From the NCBI GenBank assembly GCA_028534125.1, contig CM052817.1:97094001-97158000 (forward strand): a DNA stretch of 64,000 bases. Reading direction: 5' to 3'. This document shows, one piece after another, positions 49,623 through 63,320 of this stretch. Position 1 is the first letter of the stretch, and the number at the start of each line of letters is the position of its first letter. This stretch comes from Lama glama (taxonomy: Eukaryota). The position numbers and the translations under genes were made by a program. The notes below the pieces were generated by a model. That model worked only from the letters and a program-made list of their open reading frames with translations. It was not told the origin of the DNA and made no database searches.

Positions 49623-50716
49623 GTTGGCTACTTATTAAATGTGCTACATGTATGTAAGCAATACCCTCAGTTATACACACAGGTCACGTGCTTGTTTTTA
49701 TTCAAATACATAAAGGATAATCTCCTTGAAACAGTGGGACTTTCACACGGTGCCTTTTATTGTGAGTTTTACATTTCAGTTTTGTTTAATGCTAGCTGGC
49801 GCTCTTTCTGCATCCGCTGTTAGAACGCCAGCCCTCCGGAGATAGTGTCTGTTATGGTGTTGTCCAAATATTTTCTGTTAACGACTTTATTGAAGGTTGA
49901 AAGGACTCCAGTGTTGTTGGGGAGCGGAGGCTTCTGAACTCAGGTCTTGGCAGCCGTGGAAACTCTAAGTCACCTCTGTATGACATCCTTCCCTGTGTGG
50001 CACAGTTGGCTTTTCTCAAAAGGAAAAAAAAATTGCTAAGCAAGGAGGCAGCACATTTTAATTCACGTTGTCATTGCTGATAGAGGAATGACACTATAGA
50101 TGAGCAAGGTGTTGACATTCTAGGTGTCATAAATGGAGGGGAGATGCTCAAGAGAAGTTGGTGGCCATTAAACAAATGGATAAGATCCACAAAGTGTTTT
50201 ATGAGAAATGTATGTGGGAATCCGAAAGGTAATTTCATAAGCACAGGCTATTTTTAAACGTGTAGAAAATGTTTGCAGTCGTATGTTTCTGTTTACGAAG
50301 TCTGAAAGAAAAATTGAGAATAGCGTTTTGGCATAAATACAACCCTGTGTGACATTTAGTGGGATATTTGTTTTCAGCGTTTTATCCTGGTTACTTCCTT
50401 TATGGATGAAGAGCCGTGATACTGCCTCCATCTGGCGAAGATGATGACGCCTGTTTGGTTTGGGTGTGGGTTTATTTTGAAGGATAATGATGTGATGTTG
50501 CTTTTACTTAATTTTAATGAGAAATTTTATTTTGGAATCTCCTGTTAAAAAAAAAAAAGACCCATGACTTACACCCCAAATGTGAAGGAATGGGTTTTTG
50601 GCTCCAGTCCCTTTTGGGTGAACTCCAAATCAAATGCTGTCTGATACTGGTATTGTTGAATTACCCAGGTTTCTGCTCATGGAAAACAATTAATGTCCTT
50701 TGTGTTTTGATGGCAG

Positions 50717-50867
50717 ATTTTTCGGACCCTGCCTGATGCCACATTCCCTGAGCCGGTCTCCCTGTCAGTGTCGCCCCCAAATGCTCCACCAAGGCAATCG
50801 AAGAGACAGGGCCAGAGGACTAAGCGACCTGTGGCCGTGTATAATCTTTGTCTTGAGCTGGAAGAGG
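50717..50867 (+). CDS. ARHGAP10: ARHGAP10 internal coding exon (151 nt, probably exon 19), post-GAP Pro/Ser-rich linker
   Basis: Acceptor ttttgatggcag|att, donor gagg|gtaaga. Translates IFRTLPDATFPEPVSLSVSPPNAPPRQSKRQGQRTKRPVAVYNLCLELEE(G). PPNAPPRQSKRQGQRTKRPVAVYNL distinguishes ARHGAP10 from ARHGAP26/ARHGAP42/OPHN1 as I recall them. Phase 0-1. Confidence 0.95.
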
Positions 50868-51865
50868 GTAAGATGTTAATTACATTCTTCTTCTTGATGG
50901 TGCGTTGGGAGCGCGGCATAGCCTGCATCCCCAGGGCAGGCCAGTCTTCCATCCTTTGTGTTTTCATTTCTTTTCCCCTTAAGATTGTAATTTTGGAGAT
51001 TAACAGGGAGGGTAAAGCTTTCTTGTCAGGAGAAGACAAGTTTCAGTTTTGTGTTTGTCTTTGTTATGCATGGTGCTTTTTTTTATTTTGAAAAGACAGC
51101 TTAAATTTCTTTTTTGGGAGACTTGTGTGACCTCCTGTGAGGTTACATAACCCTGAGACAAACTGGAAGAGAAACTAAAATTAAAGCAAATCTTTGAGAG
51201 AGGAGCAGGTCGAGTCCGATGTGAAATGCATTGGGTTCAAAGGCACAGGGCCCCGTGGTACTGAGGTCTGTGGCTCCTGCACCATACATACTTGCCCCAT
51301 TCCTCTGACTTGCTCTTCAGGCAGGCGTCTCACTGTATGGCGGGGTGGCAGGTCGACCACCTTCGGGGGCGAGGCAGAGTGAACTGGGCTGCGGTGGGAG
51401 TCTGATAAATGGAAGTCCTCACTCCCTATCCACGCTGCCCTTTTCCAACTCATGGTCATGTGGCCACCTTGTCTCAGTATTGCCAGATGGCCTCGTTTTT
51501 TTACAGAGTGCCTAGAAATTGGAATTGTAAGCTCTGATTCCTACAAAACAAGACGGAGTGCCATGTTGAGACACCGGTTTCCGATGTATAATCATGTGGT
51601 TATTGGTGTGGAGGGTACCATCTAAGCTGACGAGGTTTTATTGGTTTGGAGGTATGAGATGATTGTCAAAGGGAGGAAGGAAATGAGGATAGAAATAAAT
51701 TCAGTGCCTTCATCACAGGCAGCTATATGATCAAAGGTCCACAAAGCTAATACCCAGAGATACATGCAAGCAAGGGACAGCTGTCTTTAACTGATTCTCA
51801 GGTCTGTACAGGAGGGTGCAAATGCCTCTGCTAATGACACTGAGGGCTAAGATGTTCTGACATTC

Positions 51866-52035
51866 TTTTTTTTCCTTGTGCATACATATATTTATTGAAG
51901 TATAGTCAGTTTACAATATTGTGTCAATTTCTGGTGTACAGCATAATGCTTCATCAGACATGAACATACATATATTCATTTTCATATTGTTTTTCACCAT
52001 AGTCCCTGCAAGATACTGAATATAGTTCCCTTTGC
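51866..52035 (-). mobile_element. Cetartiodactyl-type L1 3' end
   Basis: tttattgaagtatagtcagtttacaatattgtgtcaatttctggtgtacagc...gaatatagttccct. Confidence 0.82.
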
Positions 52036-54417
52036 CCGGTATTCTTTTAAATTGTTCAAGACATACATGCATATGATACGAACACAAGTTTTACAGTCAG
52101 GTCCTTATTTTCCAGAGGCAGGGCATAATTTATTAAAGTCAACCTGTAATTTTAAAGCTTCTTTTTAGACATTAGTTTCAGGTTCTGAGCTCAGCTAACT
52201 TTTTATTCTCTTTTTTCTCACTTTCATTCTTTCTCAGCAGAGTTGCTAATAAGGAGTAAAACTGACTGGTTTGAATTGCACGTTTTCTTATATCTCACTT
52301 GTCTTCTGGTGGGAGTGTTAAATAATAGTGAATAAGGCAAATGTTGGAAAGTAGGAGGGGAAAAAAAATCAAGGAGACATGAGATGATACCTACATGGGC
52401 CCACCGGTTCTTGAGCAAAACTGAGTTGACTCTTATTTCATAAAGGAAATGACCAAAGAGGGACCTTTTATTTTAGAGTCACATCGACTTTGGGGGTGTT
52501 TTAGGAATCAAGTCATAATATCCAGTCCTGTGGACGTAGTGTGCTAAACTTTTGATCATTGGGTTGCTGAGTGATTATTAATGGGTAGGAAGCTGCTGAA
52601 GTATTTAGCACATTTTTTTTTTCTTTCCAGGAACAGTTCACCCTTTACTAATGTTAGGCCCCATGTCACGTGGGAATGCTCAAAATGATATACAGTTATA
52701 GCTTTCTTAATTTTTACACTATATAATAATTCTTAAAAATATTTAATTAGAAAAGGAGAAAGAAGATTGTCAAATATTTAACTCCTTTAGTTGGATGTTC
52801 ACTGTTTATATGATGTTTTAGTCTACATTTTGTATTTTATAACTTTACATTAATCCTTCTTGACTGCAGCCTTTGTTTTGTTTTTTTTTTTTTGAAAGTT
52901 GTCAGAATCAGAAAAGCCCATGATTTGATTAGGGAGTGATAATATTTTATCGCAGAGGTCAGAAGATAAAGCAATTAAAATCTGTTATTTATCCCTTCTC
53001 CATCCCCATTATTTGTAGCTAAGCTTTAGTGAAACTCAAGTTGTATGAAAAAGAATTATTTTGGAGAGAACAAAGCAGGGTCTGGATTTTGCATACTCTG
53101 AAAAAGGAAATAAATGAAGAAAGGAGGGGAAAATGCTTTTGGAAGGAAGCAAACAAGGAAAGAATACTAAAACACTATGTTGTTGATTATCTCTTAACAT
53201 ACTGAACATTCTGCCCGCCCCCCACAAAAAAAAAATCTTCTTGTCACCAGGACTTAAATGTTTTTCAGAAGCCTGAGTCATTTAATTATCAACTCTTTTT
53301 GAAATTTTCAAAATCTTTTTATGTGTTTTTTCTTATTGATGGCAGTTGAGTCATTTTCCATGTTTACCTAGTTTTGGTTAAGGTATGAATTATTTTTCCA
53401 AATTCTTTGGTTTATTATGAGTCTGATAAAAAATTTAAATGCAAATACGTTTCCCCACCCCCCATCCCATTTACACTGTAGTCCAAATTAAATTTGACTT
53501 CATAAAATCCAGGACAAATTGTTTTTGTTTCAAAGTTAGGTAGACTGTTTTCCAAGAACAAAGAACTAGACTGGATGACTGGAGATTTTCTTCAGCTCTA
53601 TGATTTAGTCATGGATCCGACTGAATGAAGTGGTTTGTGGAATCTTACTTCTGCGAGTAGAGTATGAAACTGTGATTTACTAACTCTGGAAGACACTGAG
53701 AATTGGTTTCGGTTGAACACTAGGCAGATCAGAAAGTCTTTATTAGAAGTCTGCAAGGCCATTTGCATGAGCCAGAAGGATAGACCTAGAAGCAGAGAAT
53801 CCTTGCTGGCATGAAATAGGAGAGAAATCAGATGTGGTTTTTGTCATGTTTTTCTTTTTTCAACCTCCCGCCCCCCAGTTTAATTAAAAACACTTAGTAT
53901 CTTTCCTTTAACCAAGGCTTTAATTAGCCTTGGCACGTTTAGCCATACTGCATACACAATGCTCATCTTTTTTCCTTGTAATATGTGACTTAATGGTATT
54001 AAACTTAGTATTTACAGAATAAAATTCTGGTTACTGCTTAAGGATCTCTGTTGATGATTAATAGGAACTGAAATGGATATGGTATCTAGCTAGATTTCTT
54101 CAAATAGAGCAGCTGTTAAATCTTTACCAAAATTCTTTTACTGTTTTGTAGAGGACTTATTGATCATTTTCATATAGCATTTCATAATCTCATGAACCTC
54201 AAAGCTGCGTAGATTTGGCTAAATCAGTTGTTGTGGAATAGGAGAATATGAGGTAGGCTGCTAAATGCCAAAAAGATAATGAAAAACCAAAGACTTCTGT
54301 CTTTTTTATTCTGTGTTTTTATTTCCTTAGAAATAGTACAGTAACTCTAAGAAAGTTCAGTGTGTGTTGTGTGTCTGTTTTCTCCTGCCCGCTCCAAATT
54401 TATATCCTTGCTACCTC

Positions 54418-57400
54418 TTTTTTGTTATGTAAATTTCAGGTGTACAGCATTGTAATTCAACATCTCTGTACACTACAAAGTGATCACCATGCCAAGTCTG
54501 GTTACCATCCATCACCACACAGTGACCCCCTTGATCGATTTCGCCCATCTTTGTATCCCCTTCCCCTCTGTTTGTTTTTGCTTCACTTTGTTTGTTTTGT
54601 TTTTTAAGATTTCACATATGAGTGAAATCATCTTCTTTATCCATTCACCCATCAATGGACAATTAGGTTGTTTCCATATCTTGGCTATTGTAAATAATGC
54701 TGCAGTGAAAATTGGGGTGCATGGATCGTTTTGAATTAGTGTTTTTGTGTTCTTAAGATACTCAGAAGTGGAATAGCTGGGTCATATGGTAGTTCTAGTC
54801 TTAATTTTTTGAGGAATCTCCATACTGCTTTCCAGTGTGGCTGCACCAAGTTACATTCCCACCAGCAGTGTACTAGGGTTCCCTTGCCTCCACATCCTCT
54901 CCAGCATTTATTATTTTTTGTCTTTGGTTATAGCTTCTCTAACAGGTATGAGGTGATAACTTATTGGGGTTTGGATTTGCATTTTCCTAATAATTAATGA
55001 TGTTGCTTTCATGTATCTCTTGGCCATCTCTGTCTTCTTTGGAAAATGTCTCTCCACATCCTGTTCCCATTTTTAAATTGGGTTTCTGTTGTTGAGTTGT
55101 ATGAGTTCTTTACATATTTTGATATTTTTTATATTTTTTTCTATTTATGCTTTATTGGATATGTGACTTGCTAATATCTTCTCCCACTCAATAGGTTGCC
55201 TTTTCATTTTGCTAATGGTTTTCTTTGCTGTGCAGCTTTTTTTGTCTGATGTAGTCTCATTTGTTTATTTTTGCTTTTGTTTCCCTTGCCTTTGGAGTCA
55301 GATCCACAAAAACATAGCTCAGATTGATGTCAGTGAGGTTACCAGCTATGTTTTATTCTAGGAATTCTATGGTTTCAGCTCTCACATTCAAGTGTTTAAT
55401 CCATTTTGAGTTAATTTTTGTGTGTGGTATAATAAGATAGTGATCTAGTTTCATACGTTTGCATATGGCTGTCCAGTTTTTCCAACACCATTTATTGAAA
55501 AAACTGTCATTTCTCTATGGTATCTTTTTCACTTCTTTGTCATAATTTAATTGTCCATAGACGTAGGGTTTATTCCTGGATCTCCATTCTGTTCCATTGA
55601 TCTGTGTGTCTGCTTTTGTTCCAGTACCATATTATTTTGATTACAATAGCTTTGTAGTGTAGTTGGAAGTCGGGGAGTGTAATAATATCAGCTTTGTTCT
55701 TCTTTCTCAAGATTGTTTTGACTATTTGGAGTCTTTTGTAGTTCCATGCAATTTTAGAATTATTTGTTCTGGTTCTGTGAAATATGCCATTGGCATTTTG
55801 ATAGGGATTTTATTGAATCTGTAGATTGCTCTGGGTAGCATGGACATTATAGCAATATTAATTTTTCTAATCCATGAACATGGAATTTCTTTACATTTGT
55901 GTCCTCAATTTCTTTCCATTGTCTAATAATAGTTTTCAGATCTTTTACCTCCTTGGTTACTTTTATTTCCATGTATTTTGTTATTTTTTGATGCAATTGT
56001 AAATGGGATTGTTAATTTCTGTTGCTGGTAGTTTGTTGTTAGTGTGTGTAAATGCCACAGATTTCTGTATATTGATTTTGTATCTTGTGTCTTTAATGAA
56101 TTCATTTATTCTAACGGTTTTTGGTGGAGGCTTTAGAGGTTTCTGTGTATAGTATCATGTCATCTGCAGATAGTGACAGTTTTACTTCTTTCTTTCTGAC
56201 TTGGATGTCTTTTATTTCTTTTTCCTACCTGATTACTGTGGCTAGGACTTCCAGTACTGTGTTGAATAAAAGTGGTGAAATGGGCATCCTTGTCTTGTAC
56301 CTGATCTTACAGGAAAAGCTTACAGCTTTTCACCATTGGAGTATGATGTTAGCTGTGGGTTAGTCATATATGGCCACAATTATGTAAAGGTACATGCCTT
56401 CTGTATCCACTTTGTTGAGAATTTTTATCATAAATGGATGTTGAATTTTGTAAAATGCTTTTCTGGTGTCTATTGAGATGATCATATGATTTTTATCCTT
56501 CATTTTGTTAATATGATATATCATGTTGATTGATCTATGGATATTGAACCAATTTTGCATTCCTGGAATAAATCCTACTTGATAGTGGTGTAGGATTCTT
56601 TTAATATATTTAGTGTATTGTTGGATTCAGTTTGTTAATACTTTTTGAGGATTTTTCCATCTGTGTTCATCAAGAATATTGGCCTGTAGTTTTCTTGTTT
56701 TGTGGTGTCCTTGTCTGCTTTGGCATCAGGGTAATGCTGGCTTCATAAAATGTGTTTGGAAGATTTATCTTCAGTTTTTTGGAAGAGTTTGAAAAGGATA
56801 GGTATTACATCTTCTTGGAGCATTTTGTAGAATTTGCCAGTGAAGCCATCAGCCTGGGTTTTTTTTTGTTGGGAGATTTTTGATGACTGTTTCAGTCTCC
56901 TTACTGGTAGTTGATCTTTTCAGATTTACTATTTCTTCATGATTCAGTCTTGGAAGATTGTATGTTTCTAGGAATTTATCCATTTCTTCTGGGTTATCCA
57001 ATTTGTTAGCATATAATTGTTTGCAGTAGTCTCTTAGGAGTCTTTGTATTTTTTGGGTATCAGTTGTTACTTCCTGGTTCATCTCTGATTTTATTTAGTT
57101 CAGTCTTCTCTCTGTTTTTCTTGGTGATATAGCTAAAGGTTTGTCAGTTTTGTTTACCTTCTCAGATCTAATGTGTTATTTAAATTCAATGTTTTCATAT
57201 TGATTTTCTGTATGGATTATCTATCCATTATAAATAGGGTATTAAAGTCCTCCATTATTATTGCCTTCAATTTCTTTATGTTCATTAATATTTGCTCTAT
57301 ATATCTTGTTAATCCTCTTTTAAGTGCATATACATTTCCACATATTTTACCTTCTTGATGGATTAACCCCTTTATCATTATGTAATGCCCTTTTTTGTCT

Positions 57401-59620
57401 TTTATTATAGTCTTTGTTTTAAAGTCTGTTTTGTCTGATATGAGTATAGCTTCTCCAGCTTTCTTTCATTTCCTTGTGCATGGAATGTCCTTTTACATCC
57501 CTTCACTTTCAGTCTATGTGTGCTCTTTCTTCTGAAGTGAGTCTCTTGTGAGGCTCTCTTGGGCAGCATAGGTAGGACTTTTTTTTTTAATCTATTCAGC
57601 CACCCTGTGTTTTGATTGGCAAATTTAGTCTATTTATATTTAAAGTAATTACTGATAAGTATATACTTATTGCCAGTATGTTAGTTATTCTCTGGCTGTT
57701 TTTGTAGTTCTTCTCTGTTCCTTTCTCTTCCTTTGTGTCTTGGTAGTTTTCTCTAGTGTTATGTTTAGATTCCTTCCTCATTTTCTTTTGTGTGTTTACT
57801 GGAAGACTTTTTTTCTTGTGGTTACAGTGAGGCTTACGTATAACATCTTATGTAAATAGTATCCTGTTTAAGTTGGTAGCAACTTAAAGCTTCGGAATGT
57901 GTTCAAATTTCTTTTTACTCCTCTCATCACATTTTATGCTTTTGGTGATATATTTGACATCTTTAGACTTTGTGCATCTCTTAACTAATTATTTTAATTT
58001 TAGTTAATTTTATTTTTGTCTTTTAACCATCATGTTTGTATTGTTAGAGGTTGATCCATTACCTTTCTTATATATTTATCTTTTCCAGTGGCATTTTTAC
58101 TTTTGTGTTTTCTTATTATTTATTAGTGTCATTTTTTTCAGCTGAAAGAAATCACTGTAGCATTTCTTGTAGGGCTGGTTTAGTGGTGATGAACTCCTTT
58201 AGCTTTAGCTTATCTGGGAAACTCTTAATCTCTCCTTCAACTCTGAATGATAACTTTGTGGGTAGAGAATTCTTGGTTGGAAGTTTTTCTGCTGAAAAAT
58301 CAGCTGATAGCCTTATGGGATTTTTCTTGTATGCAACAAGTTGTTTTTCTTTGTTGTTTTTAGGATTCTCTCTTTATTCTTTTTTTTTTCCCATGGTTTG
58401 CTACTATTTTATTCCATGCAGATATTTGTGTATTATCACTGTTTATACAGAAAAATCTTTACAGCAAACATGTGGTTTTTACCTTTAGAATAAGGTTCAA
58501 ACTCATAGAATTCCAAATAGTTTTGTTAAAAGACCTAGATGCTGTCTGGGCTGGCATGGTAAAATTGAGACTTCCCACTCATCAATACTGTAAGTTAGTT
58601 CCATGTGCTAACCTGAGATGGTTGCCAAGAAATATTATCCAGTGAAAAAATAGGCTGTGGGGTCATATATATAATCTGATTCCATTTATATTCAGTCTAT
58701 AACAGCTAAAACAGGTTTCTTCTGTACAGCACAGGAAACTATATTCAATGTTTTGTAATAACCTTTAATGAAAAAGTATGAAAATGAACTATATGTGTAT
58801 ATATATATATATGACTGGGACATTGTACTGTATACCAGAAATCAACACATTATAACTGAGTATACTTCAATAAAATCAAAAAAAAAAAAAAAAGGAAAAG
58901 GAAAAGAAGAGGCTTCCACTCAGGGAATGAGAGAGGACTACATTGGTTTCTATTCTTCACTGATGCACACATGTAATCTCTTTATTCTTAACTTTTACCA
59001 TTTTAATTATAATGTGTTTTGGTGTGTGTCTCTTTGGTTTCATCTTGTTTGGAATTTTTTGGGCTTCCAACCTGGATGTCTGCTTCCTTCCCAGATTAGG
59101 GACATTTTCAGCCACTATTTCTTCAAATAAGTTTTCTGGCCCTTTATCTCCTTCTTTTCCTCCTGGGACCCCTATTATGAATATTATTCTGCTTGATGTT
59201 ACCCAGAGGTCCCTTAAGGTATCTTCACTTTTTTTTTTTTTTTTTTTGCTGCTCTGCCTGGGTGAATTCTATTGTTTTGTCTTCCAGCTTGCCGATTGTT
59301 CTTTTGCCTCATATAGTCTGCTGTTGAACCCCTTCAGTATATTTTTCAGTTCAGTTATAACTTCTCTTTGGTACTTTCTTACATATGCCATCTTTCTGTT
59401 AAAGTTCTCATGATGTTCATTGACTCTTCTCCCAAGTTCACTGAGTATCTTTAGGACCATTATCTTGAACTCCCTATCAGGTAGATTGCTTATCTTCGTT
59501 TCTTTTAGTTCTTTTTCTGAGGTTTAGTCTTGTTCTTTCGACTGGAACGTGTTCCTCTGTCTCCTCATTTTGTGCCTTATTCTGTGTTTGTTTCTATGCA
59601 TTCGGTAAATCAGCTATCTT
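54418..59620 (-). mobile_element. Long degenerate L1 (ORF1, ORF2 and 3' UTR remnants), antisense, with internal deletions and a nested insertion
   Basis: Minus ORFs: 56360-56560 [28 protein letters not shown]...KIQHPFMIK (ORF2 RT); 56849-57082 QLYANKLDNPEEMDKFLETYNLPRLNHEE; 59269-59460 ORF1 coiled-coil-like. Many stops and frameshifts. Confidence 0.92.
58382..58976 (-). mobile_element. TSD-bounded retro-insertion: non-L1 polyadenylated sequence plus an inverted L1 3' end (candidate 3' transduction)
   Basis: Identical TSD tctctttattctt at 58369-58381 and 58977-58989; poly-T at the left end; minus-strand AATAAA at 58408-58413; sense L1 3' end plus A tract at 58708-58893. Confidence 0.8.
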
Positions 59621-59896
59621 TCTCATCATGGAAGAAGAAGAGATGCCCTGTAGAGCTGAGAAGTGCACTCGTGCCTGGCCACCAGAGCCAGGCACTCAGG
59701 GAGTAACCCTATGTGTGCTGCATGTGCTCTCTTTCTGTGGTGGGAACGTGGCTGTGGCTGTGGCTGCAGTGTCTGGTGGATGGGGCTGGCCCCGGACCCT
59801 TTTTATATAAAGAGGGACTGTTGTGTTTATTGTAATGTTCCCATACACAAGGAAAGCCCATGAGGCTATATGAGGTATATTCTTTGCTATTTTTTT

Positions 59897-60051
59897 GTAC
59901 ATATGATTTTTTATTGAAGTATAGTCAGTTTACAGTATTGTCAATTTCTGGTGTACAGCACAATGCTTCAGTCATACATGAACATACATATATTTGTTTT
60001 CATATTCTTTTTCACTGCAAGTTGCTACAAGATACTGAATGTAGTTCCCTG
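59897..60051 (-). mobile_element. Cetartiodactyl-type L1 3' end with 17-bp TSD
   Basis: ttattgaagtatagtcagtttacagtattgtcaatttctggtgtacagc. TSD ttctttgct(a/g)ttttttt at 59880-59896 and 60052-60068. Confidence 0.85.
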
Positions 60052-62590
60052 TTCTTTGCTGTTTTTTTCATTCAAGGCAGGAAAAAAATTTTTAAAGAAA
60101 GTTTGGGGAGTGAGAGGATTATCATCTGAGTTTTGACTAAGCTCTCTCTTCCTTGATGCTAGCTCTAATTTTAAACTGAAGTAGACAGTCACAGGACTAG
60201 TTTTTATTTGTATCTTCTTGGGTAATTAGGTATTCTGTGTCGATCTTCTTCTGTACATGATTTGGCAGTTTGTTTATTTAGACAACAAAAAAATATGACT
60301 TATAACGAGTTGAAAACAAAATCATCTTGCAAGCCAATTGGCAGGATTTAATATTATTTTAGAGTAGTTCTTACTTGTGTATTGTTAGGTTGGCACTTTC
60401 CCACTTGGATCCCGGATGTGCTAACTGCAGCACATTTGTTGAACATGTATTATTGTGGTCCTACAGTGCGGTAGATATCACGACGAAGATGCAGAGCCTT
60501 GTAAACAAAAAAGCAAAAATACGACTGTTGACAGGAAGGTGGTTTAACAGTGAAGCCTGACCATTTTCCTTCTGTCTTAAAGGAGAAAACCTATCCTGAT
60601 AGGGACCAGTCTCTAGCATCAGAGTAGGATAGATCTGTCTGTAGAAACCAAGAAGGCCCTGGTAAAAGGCTGGTTGAGTAATCTAAGCTTTGGTTGATGT
60701 AGGCTTGAATCAGCACTAGGAGTTGAAAATAAAATGGATATCTGGTAGAGATGTCAAAGCAAGTTGTTGGGACTTCTTTACTGACCCGATGTGGAGGATG
60801 AAGGCAGGTAATCAAAACAGAGGTCATCAGGCACACTTTAGGCTCATCGGTAAATCTACCCTTGTGTTTATGTCTTAGTTGTGCCCTGAGGGGTTTTTTA
60901 AAACAAATATTTAGACCATCTTTCCACCAAATAGAAGAAAACGTCTTGTTTTATTAGTATCTTCAATGCATATTGTTGCATGTAACTGTTTTATAAAATA
61001 GGTTTCATATAAATAGTGTATATGGAAAGTCAGTGGAAAGAGAAATATTAAATAATGACTAAAAATGTTATGTCTTCTTAGAGAAAAAATAGTCTCCTAG
61101 TTGTGAACAGTGTAGAGTTCAGAGACATATATCCATGTTCATTCATAGGCATACGTAAAGGATAGGAGGAGGCCACCGCACTGAAAGATGTTTGTGTCAT
61201 CAGCAGTCAGGGGTCAGTAGCTGACCGTCCTGGTGGCCGGCTGTGTTCTTGCTCATCTCTGTTCCCTAGAGAGTTGCTTTAGAAATCACCTTCCTGAAAA
61301 CATGCTTTTGTAAGTGAATTGTAACTACCCCATCCTCTCTTAAATTGTATCAGGACACGTATTTGTGAGAAGAGATGTGTGTAAAACCATTGTGGACGTG
61401 GATTCTTAAGTGACCTCCTCCAGCTCTTGACCTTTCCTTATAGATATATCTGTCTGATCAGCTTGCACAGAATTATAATCCACAAGTGTATCTGGCCACA
61501 AGCAGATCTTTGTCTTATACTTGGCAGTCTTCTCTGGATTCTTACCAATTTTTTTGCATGACACCCCATGGGTGGGCTCTGGATGGTAACTTCCCGAGTG
61601 TCGAGGTCTCCTGCCCCCTCTTCAGAGCAAAGTCATGATTCCTTGGCGTGGAATTGCTGTGTTGTGAAGTTAAATCTAAGACCAGGCTTGAATCAGGGAT
61701 GGTGCATGTAGACAGATTATTTCTGAACTTGCTTTTACAATGATGAGATCAATGGGTTGGAAAAGGCCACCAGAAAGGGCGGGGCTGTGATGGAGTTGTG
61801 GTGTGCCCATGAATCATGCACGTTGCCTCCCCTGCTCTGGCGTTGCCCCAGGAGCCTCCCCGAAACTCAGCCCCTCTAATGTCAGTGACAAAGCACACGG
61901 CAACTTCTTAGATGAACTTCCTCTATAATCTCAACTGTGCTTCTGTGTGGGATGAACATTTCCCCCTTTCTCTGGAGGGGAAAAAAAAGCTTAGTTAATG
62001 TCTTAAAAAAAATTACATAGCTGCTCCTGTGGTGAAAATAAGTTCATGGCAGGTAACTAGAATTTATAGATGAGAGAAAAATTCTTTAAAGCTCGTCTCC
62101 CTGTGGTGTGGGTTTTTCCTTCACTTCTAATAGGTCCTATTTTAATTTCTGGTTCTGAATTCAAGTAGCTGTCACTTTCTTTGTAGCCCTTCTTTGAAAC
62201 TCTTGCCGCGTAGGAGGTAGTCGGACTGTCTAAGAAACATTTTTTCAAACCAACCAAAGTATTATTTATCCTGAATGAAGTAGAATTTTTAAGGCTGTCA
62301 AGAGTGACTGATGTGAAACGTTTTCTTTGGTAGCCAGGAAGATGAACAGAAATCTTGAAAGGGAAGGTATTATCTCAGTGCAGCCAATTCCAAACGACTT
62401 CTGTTACTCAGGAAACTCTTGTGGACCATGATAAAAATTACCAGGAGATAAAGTGTTGTCTACCATTAATATAAGCAAACTGTGGCCAGTTTATTTTATT
62501 TACTGAATCCTTACCAGCTGTTGAGGAAAAAGGAAATGATGTGAGGTTGAGTCAACTGTGTGTTACAAGTTGTCACTCATTGCCTTTTAT

Positions 62591-62693
62591 TTTATTTTAT
62601 TTTATTTTATTTTATTTTGATGGAGGTACTGGAGATTGTGCAGGCTAAGCATGCACTCTACCACTGAGCTACACCTTCCTCTCACCCACCTTG
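62591..62693 (-). mobile_element. Vic-1-like SINE (short variant) with internal deletion and (TAAAA)n tail
   Basis: Minus strand ggaaggtgtagctcagtggtagagtgcatgcttagcctgca[B-box region deleted]caatctccagtacctcc. TSD ttgccttttat at 62580-62590 and 62694-62704. Confidence 0.85.
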
Positions 62694-63089
62694 TTGCCTT
62701 TTATGAACTCTGGGTTGCAGCTCTGCAGCCCGGCTCCTTCTGAATGCTCATTCAACTTCCCATGGCATCCCTGCGTGTCTTCCGAGCAGTATTTAGAGGG
62801 ATCCAATGTCATCCTTGGATGGAAAAAAAAATCTTCAAGCTTATTACAGTGAATTATTCGGCTGACATTTTGCATAGACTAATATTTGTTCTCCCAGCTC
62901 AGCAACGTGATATCTTTTAGCTTGAAATGTGATTATAATCATGGTCTTATTTTTTTCCCTTTGGATCAGAACAGAAATAGTGATTCCTTAAGGCTCTGTT
63001 TATTATCTTAGTTACTTTTAAAGGTGGATCCTTTTTTAGAAAACTTGTAATAGTGAATATGAGAACAGGATGTAAAATTTGGAGGGTCT

Positions 63090-63320
63090 TAATAGTATAT
63101 AGTTACATATACCATACCATGTGCCAGCTACTGGTTTTAGCAGTATCTGTCAAACTTAGCTAATCCTTCTAACAGTCCTATAGGTCGCAGTAATACCCAT
63201 ATTTTATAGTTCAGGAAACTGGGCTCAGAGAAGGTCAGTAGCTTACCTGTGTCTCCCAGCTTGTCAGTGCCACAACCGGGACTGACCAGTCTGGTCCCAG
63301 AGTCTTGGCTTCCCACTCTG
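63090..63320 (-). mobile_element. MIR SINE
   Basis: cccatattttatagttcaggaaactgggctcagagaaggtcagtagcttacc. Confidence 0.7.

Noticed and set aside
54418..59620. Active or domesticated reverse transcriptase gene
   Set aside because: ORF2 is broken into fragments under 80 aa by stops and frameshifts, has an apparent internal deletion near 57165, and the element is interrupted by a later insertion.
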